A stretch of DNA of 63,722 nucleotides, counting the filler. It is 23 parts of 23 records of this genome, joined end to end, with 100 filler letters (N's around TTAATTAATTAA, not from the genome) between each part and the next. Parts side by side here need not be neighbours in the genome. Positions count along the whole stretch, not along the records: positions 36,923 to 39,024 come from SRR36015645_60357; positions 39,125 to 41,769 come from SRR36015645_61048; positions 41,870 to 45,227 come from SRR36015645_61254; positions 45,328 to 47,418 come from SRR36015645_61793; positions 47,519 to 49,536 come from SRR36015645_61853; 18 more parts are not named here. One strand, given 5' to 3'. Positions 36,823-47,616 of the stretch are shown here, piece after piece (positions within the stretch are counted from its first letter, which is position 1; each line of letters starts with the position of its first letter). The notes under the pieces were generated by a model that worked only from the letters and a program-made list of their open reading frames with translations, made no database searches and was not told the origin of the DNA. A program made the position numbers and the translations under genes.

Positions 36823-37480
36823 NNNNNNNNNNNNNNNNNNNNNNNNNNNNNNNNNNNNNNNNNNNNTTAATTAATTAANNNNNNNNNNNNNNNNNNNNNN
36901 NNNNNNNNNNNNNNNNNNNNNNTACGGTAAATAACGGCGCATGAGTGCGTATAGTCCTATAAATAATTGTAGTTGCCAATGTATCATCGTATCCTAAATT
37001 ATTGCATTTAGTTTTTTTTTTCTTTACAAGTAAATGACCACGAGATCCATATAGGCACAAACTCATTACGCATTCATGTGAGGCGAGCACGAGGTGAGCA
37101 CATGGCGAGCGTATTCAAATTTTCGATCTGCGCGCCGGGACATATTTAAATATTCGGGAAAATTAGCACACCCGCAGCGCGTATAAATTTTTTGAAAAAT
37201 TAGCATATCCGCGGCGCATCTTAATATGAAATTTATTTGCATATCCGTCGCTTACCTACACGTGAGACCGCATGGCAAGCTAACATTCAGTTGGCGTTAA
37301 TATTGAACAATTTAAAACTTTTTATAGCTACAAAATTGCACAAAAATATTGCAGCAGAAAGTACTCATTAATAGCAACGTGCGTTACTGAAAAATAAAGC
37401 AGAATAATGAGATTTTTAATATTTTTTTGCTAAAAAAAAAATATTCCACAATGTGACCCTAAAACGCTAGGTCAACAACG

Positions 37481-37564
37481 AAATTTTGACCTGGGTCAAC
37501 TGTAGTACAGCAAGGTCAAACACCAAATTTTGACCTGGGTCAACTAGTATAAGGTCAAGGTCAA
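37481..37564. repeat. Duplicated TTGACCTGGGTCAA palindrome with AGGTCA repeats
   Basis: AAATTTTGACCTGGGTCAACT occurs twice, with flanking AAGGTCAA and AAGGTCAAGGTCAA. Confidence 0.7.
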
Positions 37565-38861
37565 CTTATAATGCGGGTCAGATACTTTCTGACCTAATAA
37601 CGCAGGGTGTAATAATGTCAACAAAAAAAATCACGATACAGACTATTGGCAATAAATAACAACAAATCGGCCTAGGCCTAATCAGTAGGCCTAAAAGAAA
37701 TATCAAAACTTTAGCGAAACCCGTCGCTAATTTACTGTATCGTAATGAAAATAATATCTGCAGCCGGTAATGCAAAAGAAATAAAATTAAATATATATTA
37801 GGATCAAACACAGCATGATGACATGACCGTTCATGTAGTGACTACACTTCATCGACCAGTTATATACCCTTACCATCCGGTGCTAAAAAACCTGATCCGT
37901 TCGATGCCGGGCACACGTTATGGGGCAAACACACAGTAATAAGTATACAATATAAGCTGTCACACAATAATTAAAATTACATAGCTAGCTAAGGGACAAA
38001 TTGAGCACAATAAAATCATTTGGGTAAGAAAACACAAAACACACCCCCCTCGGACAAAAATCATTTTCTTGGGAACATAAATACAATAGGGCCCCAGTAA
38101 GACAGTACACACCCCCCGGGCCAGTTAAGCAGGGTTTTTCCATTTTGCATGGTTGGGCCTATTAATTCTTACATGTTTTATTTATTTTATGCAACACAAA
38201 ATTTAATTCCTGCATTATACCAGTCGCACATGAAAATAATCTTCTCCCTCGGACCAGAATATGGACTGCTTCGTCTTGCTTCAAATAGGCAAAATAGGGA
38301 CTGCTTCATCTTGCTCCACAGGATCTAAGACCGCGTTACCCAAAGACACGATAACTTCAAGTCTTATGGCAACCAGCCAGAAAGATCCCCGTTCGTTGTC
38401 GAAAACTAGGCTTCGTCCGCAATTACACTGATAACCGTATTAATCAAAGGTTAGCGCAATACACAACCTAAGAAAAATCAGCCAACAGCACATGCGACAC
38501 GAAAACTAGTATACGACACAATCCAGCCAGGGCGACGCGACGAGAGCCGACTCCAGGGTCCCTTCCATCTATCTTAGCCGTGTTCCACGAGAGCAGCGTG
38601 AAGATTACCATATTACAAATTTGTACAGCAACATTTGCATTTTACAATAATATTACAATAGGCAGGAAAACAGTGTTATAATAACAGACGCTCTGTAACA
38701 TCAAAACGCTGTAACCAATGTAAGGAGCACAGATTTCCCAGTGCAATCACAAAATACAAAAACCGTTCAATTTGCACAGTTGAAACATACCTCTGCTTAG
38801 GCCTATACAAAATTCGAGAATAGCGTAGGCCTCTTAACATTTTGACGCAACTTTTAATCAA

Positions 38862-38918
38862 TAATGCAACTTTTAACCAAGAATACAACTTTTAACCAAT
38901 AATACAACTTTTAATACA
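38862..38918. repeat. 19-bp tandem repeat, about 3 copies
   Basis: AATGCAACTTTTAACCAAG / AATACAACTTTTAACCAAT / AATACAACTTTTAA. Confidence 0.8.
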
Positions 38919-38970
38919 TACTCAAAGATTAAAATATTTAACTTTATTCCTAGACAAGCTGGGCTCCAAA

Positions 38971-39024
38971 ATCCCTAGTCGCTGGCACCATTTATGTGAC
39001 GACGATTTTTTAGATTATCTGTTT
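38971..39024 (-). mobile_element. Putative LTR 3' end plus primer-binding site of an LTR retrotransposon
   Basis: The minus strand reads ...GTCACA-TAAA-TGGTGCCAGCGACTAGGGAT: an LTR-type CA end, a 4-nt spacer and a TGG-initiated PBS resembling tRNA-Leu/His 3' complements. Confidence 0.55.
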
Positions 39025-39124
39025 NNNNNNNNNNNNNNNNNNNNNNNNNNNNNNNNNNNNNNNNNNNNTTAATTAATTAANNNNNNNNNNNNNNNNNNNN
39101 NNNNNNNNNNNNNNNNNNNNNNNN

Positions 39125-41055
39125 TCACCTACATCCGATGTCTGGCCAAATACTACCCACCCGAGTGGAGTTTTCCGAGCGATTAGTCCGTTTTCTTCTT
39201 TTTCTACCCCAGTAAAGAGTCGTAGATGGTCTACACCGATAAGTATATCTAAATGACCCTCTTCCCGGTACAAGTTGCCTTTAATGTTAAACATTTCAGA
39301 TATCTTTTCCAAATTTATGTTATCAATATAACCAGTTATTTCCGGTATACCATATGCTTTAATTTTGTAGAATTGATCTTGCTCTATGGATCCGAGCTTG
39401 AGGTCATAAATGGTTGTATTTAGAAGCTGTGAACTTTCATTTCCTACCTTAGATAGGCTGATCGTTGTGTTTTTACCTTTAAGTCCCAGCTTACGAGCAG
39501 TTTCTTCTTTTATCAACGTTACGTTGGATCCCGTGTCGAACATAAGTAATACACTACTTAAATCTCCTTTAAAATTTCCCGCTCTGACAGATAAAACTGG
39601 ACATATTGCTGTAGCAAAATCAGAAACGTGATGGGCTTGTACATTATATGTATTCATCAACGCTTCATGAAGTAAAGGGTTGTGAAATCCTATGCACTGC
39701 TTATTGTTTCCCAAGTTAAATTTGCAATGGCTTCTTCGTTTACATGTGCCAGCGTAATGGGTTTTGTTGCCTTTTTTTAAACACATGAAGCATACATTTT
39801 CTTCTCTGCATCTGTTATACCTTTCGTGAGATGACATGCCTTGAAATATTCTGCATTGATCTACCCAGTGATCATTTTGCTGACATACCCAACACCAGTA
39901 TGCGATCATTCTGTTTTGTTGTGACTCTGTTTGCTTGTCTGTTGATCTGTTATTAATTGTTGCCCTATTATTTTCGTACATTGAATTTCTTGCTGGCTGT
40001 GATACGGATACATAACCACAAGAATCCTTTCTGATTCGCTCCACATTTTCTCTGGCAGTGATATCGTTTTCCAGGTATTTTAGCAGATTATCGAGCGTCC
40101 AGTCATTGTCCCCGTTTTTTTCATGTAAGCTAAACTGTATTGCCTCTGGTAACTTACTAAGTATTAATGGTACGAACACTATCCCGAAATTTTCTTTTGA
40201 TATTTCCAATGCTTCCAAACAGCGAATGTGAATGTTACATGTATCGTATGTTATTCTGAGTGACTGAGTTGTATTATTCGCGGATGTTAAATTAAATAGT
40301 GCCATAAAATGGGTGAATATTGCCAACTGTTTCCTGCCAAATCTTCGCTGAATTATTCCTTTTGCAATTATATAGTTGGCTGACGTTAGTGGAATGCCTC
40401 TGATAGCTCCGGATGCTTCATCTGTCAGTACTCCCTTTAAATAGTTAAATTTGTCGATATCGGAAAGTGTATTGTTATTATCTACGGCAGTTGTAAATTG
40501 ATCCATAAATTCTTGATATTTTAATGGATCGCCATTAAAATTGGGCATTTGTAGTTTCGGGAGTTTGGCATTTACCTTTATGTTTCCTGTTCCTGGATTA
40601 TTATTCGAAGAATGTTGCCTACCTTCGCTTTCGGATCTTAGTTCTAACTGTCGTAACTCTATTTCCTTTTCTTTTTCCAGTTCTAGCTTTTTTATTTCTA
40701 ACTGTCTATCCTTTTCTCTTTCTTGTGCGGATCTTTCATTTTCTCTTTCTTCGAACTCTAACTTTTTTAACTCGAGCTCGTGCTTTAATTTTTGTTCGAA
40801 CTGAAACTTTTCCAATTCGAGACTGGTAGAGGTAGGTACGGGCGTGGCGGCATTGGTGTCCCTTTTGCTTCTTCTGGTGCTTGGCCCTGGATTAGCCTCT
40901 ATGTCCATGCAAACTAGAAGGAGCAAGGCCAAACATGTTCTCACTGCAACAGAATAGCCAGACAACACCAGACCTTGTATTACTGATTTCGGTTTATGGC
41001 TGCCCCCCAAAAAACAGCCAATGGCAGCGCGCCATTGAATCAATGAATTTCCCAT
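39125..41055 (-). CDS. BEL/Pao gag-protease with an N-terminal 2A-like (StopGo) leader, 3' truncated
   Basis: CAAAATGG start. Leader MGNSLIQWRAAIGCF...LLLLVCMDIEANPGP. Coiled coil, DUF1759-type KLPKLQMPNFNGD..F..DKFNYL..NY..RFG, zinc knuckles CWVC..H..C and CFMC..H..C, HNPLLH, protease FDTGS, LGWVVFG. Confidence 0.9.
40882..40932 (-). other. 2A-like ribosomal skipping motif LALLLLVCMDIEANPG|P
   Basis: Exact D(V/I)ExNPGP consensus at residues 51-58, preceded by a Leu-rich helix. Confidence 0.85.
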
Positions 41056-41706
41056 TTTGATGTTCTTTTATTTCCCACACAACAACCTTCTGGAATAGCC
41101 CTCGAGTGGTGATGAAAATTTCCTCCACTTACACATACCGTACACAATCCTTTTTACTTAGAAACTGCTATTTTGCTTACCTCTTTCTGCTTCTCTTTTT
41201 ACGTAGCAAATATATGAGCAGAAACTATTTCACAGTACGTACATTTAAACGCTACATTTGGACACCAGAAACTAAAAATGGCCAGACCTGATTTAGCAAA
41301 GTTATGCCTCAGCTGGTCCGTAAAATTTCAGAACTTATTATGTTTTGCTAACTACATGTTTATTTTTTAAACATCATTTTTGAAAGTGTTGCGCTAATTA
41401 ATATATGGAAGCACATTTTTGTAATTAAGTTACTTTATTAACTATACATTCAAAAATGTTGCGGATATATAATTTAAAAGACATTTTAATCGGCAATTTG
41501 TGTTTCCTAGAAATCTGCATCATAATATGAAAGAAGATAATACATTTATATCCTTTGCCCAGTTCGATATTAATAACTGCAGGCCTTGTTTCGTTAGTAC
41601 GAAACACACTTCCGGGCGCCTTTGAATTTTATCCTGTACCATCCAACATTTTAACCCGACATGCAAATATAATTTCTATATACAATAAGCTAAAATCTCG
41701 ACTATT

Positions 41707-41769
41707 CTGCCTTATTAACCTGTTTACATACAACTAATAATACTGCCTTATTAAACCTGTTTACATACA
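41707..41769. repeat. ~35-bp tandem duplication at the contig end
   Basis: CTGCCTTATTAA(A)CCTGTTTACATACA occurs twice. Confidence 0.8.
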
Positions 41770-41869
41770 NNNNNNNNNNNNNNNNNNNNNNNNNNNNNNN
41801 NNNNNNNNNNNNNTTAATTAATTAANNNNNNNNNNNNNNNNNNNNNNNNNNNNNNNNNNNNNNNNNNNN

Positions 41870-44800
41870 CGGACATCATGCTCGCCAATTCTGGTCCAGT
41901 CACCGGAAGGTATTTTGGCTTAGATGAACGCAGCGAGTCTTCAAATACTGCACACATCATCGAAGAATTCTTGTCTCGCGGAGCTACCTGTTCCTTTCCT
42001 GGTCCCAAAAGCCTCATTATCGTTTGTGTGATGCCCAAAAGACCATTGCTTAACAAATGGCTCAAACTGCTAGACTGATGTTCAGAAACTAGTACAGCAA
42101 GCAGTGCAAACAGGAGTCTGCTGTGGGTTGTGTGCGAGATAGGACAGACTTCTAAAGAATTTTCTGACACAGATGGTCCGGGAAGGCTTTTGGCCAGCAT
42201 TGCACGATCTAATGCAAAAACAATCTGCCTGAGACTGTTAACACACCAAAGCTTCAACTTGGATTGTAGAATCTGTAGACGCATTCTATCGTACAGTGGA
42301 ACCAGCTCAACATCTTGCAGGCAATGTGGAAATGGCTCACTGTTGTTGTGTGTATCAAACATTGATTGCCAGCCAATGATTGTAGCATGCCTAACAGACT
42401 CAATTAAATGATTCTTTTCCACCAACTCGAGCATATACTGAAGACCTTTCAGGCGGCATGTTGCTCGTTCCACTTGGCAGTAAAGCGATCGTCTGAGCGC
42501 TTCAATGTCGATATTTTCTTCATGCATGACAAAATCTATGATGTGGTTTGTTAGCTGCATCTGGGCCGATGGATGGACTATGCGCTGGCGCAGCCATTTG
42601 TATTTCTTTGCATTTGTAACGGCTGCCAAAAGGGAATGTTTTCTACCAAAGCTCTGCTTTCTGGGCAGGACTTGAGCTGTTTCGTCTGCACCTTCATCCA
42701 CAGATGGTTGGCCCCCATCGCTTGTTCCAGGGCCCACTGGAACAGTTATCGGTGGAACAGTGTCACCTCCTCCAAAATCTTCTTGTGGAACAGGTTCAGC
42801 TACCAAACCCTCACTACTCCCTGGTGCTGCACAAGGCTCTCCAGCTTTAGCCTCTATTGCTGTATCATCTTCTGTTGGTATTGGTAAATCTATTCCTTCG
42901 TGAAGCTGTTCCTCTTGCTGTGTTTCTCCCTCTCCTGTTTGTCCGCCCTCTTGTACTTCCTGTTCTTGATCGACTTCTAGCGGCAGCCTTCTCGACATTC
43001 TTTTATTCTGTATCATGAGTCGCGTGATCTGTTTCCATCTGGCCATCAAATATGGGGTCTTAAGGTGTGAACTGGCCTGAATTTCGACCCCAATGGCCGG
43101 ACGCAGCTCCTGAAACAGAAAACGACACCTTTCTATGACTGGAATGCACACTTCTTTATAAGAGCGACTCAAATCCTGGTGTATCTTTATCAGCGATCTC
43201 TTTGTCTGGTGTACCACTTTACACACCTCTACCAGCGACTTCGGCATTGTTGGACGATGCATATGTGTCTCGTCCGGTGAATTGTCTAGCAGTATTAATG
43301 CCTCATGCACAAGGTCCAAGTGTTTTAGTAAGACGGCCCATAACAGACGCCCAACTTCTTCAACCGGATGATCGGCAGGAAACTCAAGCGGCATGACCAG
43401 GTGATGATGGTGACAATATCGCTCCACGTGAGACAGAAACAACTGTACATTTGGTTCCAGTAAACGACTATCTGCTAAATCTTTAAGAAACGTTGTTTCC
43501 ACACTCCGATTTGACTTGGGAATTCTTTCGCTTCTCGTTTTCGACTTCATCTGCACGTCAGCGCTCGCTGATGAACTAGGTAGTGGTGATGAGGTGGAAC
43601 TCCTAGCTTCGCCCTTTTCTTCGTTGTATGGGTATTGATAGCATACACTTTGCAATCCACCAGCGAAAAACTCGGAGCTTAACCACTGCTGGCATTCTTC
43701 CTCGATAGGATAAACCGGTTGGCCATGTGCCAAGTCGCTGGCATGAAGCGCTAGCAGAAGCGCCAAGTTACGTTCGGCATCTATTAGTGGTGAAGACAGT
43801 GTGCTGGTGTCCACAGTTTGAACAACGTCATACTGAGGAGAAATATAATTGCCGACATAGTACGATTTAAGGTCGTTACTGGCATTTTCAGAGTGATGAG
43901 CGGCTTCGAATGCAGCGGTAGCATCGCGGCCCGCATACCTTATGAACACGTCGGGGCCACACGGTGCATGTTCTTTGAAGTCTTGCACGTCATACACCTT
44001 GCCGTGTATTACGATCCACAGTCCGCCATCTTTATTTTGGTTCTCCAAATCTGCATAGCGAATCATAGGGGTCTCCTCGCCTGGCTTTGGACTATTGGAT
44101 GTGTGCAAAACTGACAAAACACCTGGCCACGATAATTCTACTGCCTCATTTCGATCCATTCCCGGCGCTAAGCGATTATACTTATCGAGGATGTCCAATA
44201 AGCCACTGAGCATTGTTGGGTTTATAGCATCTTTCATAATTCTAGGGAACTTTGTCTGCAATAGGACGAGGGATGTGACTAGTTCAGGAAGCAAAATGCC
44301 CGTGTCACTTTTGACAAAATTCGTGATGACTGCAAATTGGTTATTGCTGCCTGTAGCAAGACTCGCTGCAATAGGAAGCACATCGCTTACGTGCGAGCAG
44401 ACAAGAGTGACGTACTTCTGTAAAAGCTGCGCAGTCCCGAGCGTCAGTGAGTCAACAGAGGAACATGCATTCGCCGCTTCTTGATCCAGCAATATCTGTG
44501 CCACCAAGGTGCGCTGGAATCGAAGGAGAAACTCAAGACACACTGTACTCCTTCGGGAGGTGTCACTTCTTACTGTAGCCACACTTGCTGCAGTAAACTC
44601 ACTCAGTTCCTGAAAAGTAGTAAGCATCTGTACTGAAACATGCTTCAGAACCTGTTGCACTAGTTGCAACAGCGGGACCTCGGCTTCATGCACAGTGGTG
44701 CTCCCTGTCAAGTTTGCCTCCGTTTTGACTTCTTCACTGCCAGCTGCATCTTTTATAGATTCTTTCTGTCGCTTCGCTTCAGCATCAGAAATTTCTGCTG

Positions 44801-45227
44801 TCGCAGCATCGACTGCCAATCTGTCGAGTCTTCTATCCTCCACCAAGCTTGTAATGAGCAGATCAACCATGAACCTGTTTCCCGGAGTCATGAAACAATC
44901 ATCGTCCGAGTTTCCATTTGGAAGCAGTGCCGACAACGTACGGGTACGTTCTTCTAGTGTCGGTAGAAGCACCTTCCATCCGGTACAGAGCAAGGACTGA
45001 GCAGCACGCTGAATTGTTTGCAGCACACCCGTGTTGCTGGCCAAACACACAACCTGTTGCCTTAGGTTGTTAAGAATGTTGCTACCAGGTGACAGGCCTA
45101 GAGTTTCTAAGTCCACGTCACATGACATGGCCACGTGCAACTGTAACTTTAGGAGATTCATGCCACCGACAGCCATGCACTCCTTTTCCTGAGTCGGTGG
45201 CCAGTCGGAACTGCCATCCAAACCGAT
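41870..45227 (-). CDS. HERC2: E3 ubiquitin ligase HERC2, internal fragment including the cytochrome b5-like domain
   Basis: DGSSDWPPTQEKECMAV..NLLKLQLH, ADLENQNKDGGLWIVIHGKVYDV, WLSSEFFAGGL, FPADHPVEEVGRLL, RSYKEVC.PVIERCRFL, and ends at GPELASMM just before the MIB-HERC2 domain. Confidence 0.93.
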
Positions 45228-45422
45228 NNNNNNNNNNNNNNNNNNNNNNNNNNNNNNNNNNNNNNNNNNNNTTAATTAATTAANNNNNNNNNNNNNNNNN
45301 NNNNNNNNNNNNNNNNNNNNNNNNNNNGTGTATAATACTTAAATCCAATTTTACATCTTATATATAATCATTATTTTATTTAACATACTGTCTCTTTGTA
45401 TCGTATTCCAGTCACTAATTGT

Positions 45423-47418
45423 TCATATTACTGTGTCCTGTTCCTCAATCGGCAATAACATGCACAATTTGCTGATCGGTCTTTCATATAGTTGTCCCCT
45501 TTTCTGAATTTCTACACTTCGTACTCGACTATCTCGTCCCGGAAAGACTTTGGTTACCTTTGCAATAGACCATTTGCCGCGTAGCTCCTTGTTGTCGTGT
45601 AGCATGACAATGTCTCCGACTTGCACATCTCTCTGACTTTGGTGCCACTTTCGTCGTGGTACTAGTTCTGGTAGACAGAATTTTCTCCATCTTTTCCAGA
45701 ATGAGTCAGTAATCTGCTGAATGATTCTCATTCTTTGACTGAATCCACTGTCAGCTAAAAACGGACCTTGTGGCACGGTTGATGAAGCTCGGCCTAATAG
45801 CAGGTCATTAGGACAAATGTAGCATCCATCACTTGGGTGTTTTGGTATGCCTATGGGACGCTGATTCACTATGTTTGAAACTTCTTTAGAGTGTTGTTTG
45901 GAGCTCATTTGGCGTAAGTACCGTATTTCGAATTATTTTCTTCAGGGTTGCTTTGCAAGTTTTCACCAAAGCTTCGGCGCATCCATTCATGTGAGGAGCT
46001 GCAGGCGTAACAAAACTCCACTTTATTTGCTTTTCTGCTCCATAATCCTTTAAAGTTTGTTTATCAATTCTGCGACGGGATTCTCTTAGTGTGCGGGATG
46101 CACGGACTAATTGTGATCCGTTGTCCGTCATGATATGACGTGGACAGCCACGTATTGTAATAAATCTACGGAAGGCCTGGAGAAATTCATTGGTTGAATA
46201 ATCCAAGCATATATCCAAATGGACGGCTCGTACTGCAAGACATGTGAATATAACACAGAAAACGTTTATCATTTTGTTCTTTGTAAGTTTGCACACAAAG
46301 GGTCCGAAAAGATCACATGCCGTTTCATAGAATGGAGGAGACGGATTTGTCCTTGACTTGGGTAGATCGGCCATACGTTGTTCTTGTATGATAGGGTTCA
46401 GTCTTTTGCACAAAACGCATTTGTATCGAATAGACTTCACAATATCTGTAATACGGAGGATCCAGAAATTTTTCCGTATCCGAGCAATCGTAGTAGAGAC
46501 TCCTGAGTGGCTGATGTCATGATAGTGTTTTGCGATCAATTTTGATAATCCGTGTTCTTTTGGTAACAAGTACGGATGTCTTTCATCATATGTTATTTCT
46601 GCTGAATCAATGCGTCCTCCTACTCGGGTCAAACCATCGGTATCTGTAAATGGATCAAGATTTCTGTACTTGTTTATGTCCATTAATTTCTTCTGGGCTT
46701 CCCTTATCCAGAATATCGTTGCTTCTGAGTAGTCATCCGAATTTGGATGTGCACCGTGTTTGAAGGATTTATTTCGAAACATACATTTTATCATCGCGGT
46801 GATTTTCAGGACTTGCCGATACGTTGATTTTCTTTCCAGAAGTTTCACTATGCTGTTGTCGTCATTCGGTATGTTGACCAAATTTATTCGGCGTTCTGGT
46901 AATCTGTTTACTCTTGGAATATTAATGGACCATTCTTCTTCCTTTGTGCGAAGAAAATTCTGACCATTTATCCATTCTGTTTGTAGGTTATCTGCGGATG
47001 CACCCCTTGAAATAATATCTGCTATATTCATTTCTCCGGGCAACCACTTCCACTGTTCGATCTCGGTTTTTGTGTGAATTTCAGCTATTCGTACGGCTGC
47101 AAATGTGTTGAACCCTCTTGGCTCCTTTTGTATCATTGAAAATACAACATCGGAATCTGTGAAAAAGTATGTCTTTTCAAACCTTGTTCGGGAACTTTCC
47201 TTTATGAATGTCGCCAATCGTGTTGCTATAACTGCAGCCTGCAATTCTAGCCTAACAATCGTTAATGATTTTATAGGAGCTACCCTAGATTTAGCACTTA
47301 TCAGTTTAACCTGTATCGATCCATCGTTCATTGACCATCGAATATAGGCACATGCTCCATAGGCAGTTTCTGAGGCATCACTGAACAGTATCAGTTGTGG
47401 TTCGCATGAATCCTGTTT
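45423..47418 (-). pseudogene. BEL/Pao pol C-terminus (RNase H, integrase, DUF5641-type tail) with a 1-nt frameshift near 45888
   Basis: LFSDASETAYG, NIADIISRG, CDLFGP, TDNGSQL. The sequence ...ELQTTL then stop continues as KEVSNIVNQRP..PNDLLLG..FWKRW..RKW in another frame (CTC-T-AAA-GAA). Confidence 0.88.
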
Positions 47419-47616
47419 NNNNNNNNNNNNNNNNNNNNNNNNNNNNNNNNNNNNNNNNNNNNTTAATTAATTAANNNNNNNNNNNNNNNNNNNNNNNNNN
47501 NNNNNNNNNNNNNNNNNNTCTTGAGCGAATCCGGCCGAAACGTTTTGCGCCATGAAGAGTACACTTCTGTACTGGCTTTCTAAGTATATGTATAGTTCAA
47601 ACAGCTAGAGCCAAAC

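Noticed and set aside
41040-41055. N-myristoylation signal MGNSLI on the 2A leader
   Set aside because: Gly2 is present, but the favoured Ser/Thr at position 6 is not, so support is too weak.
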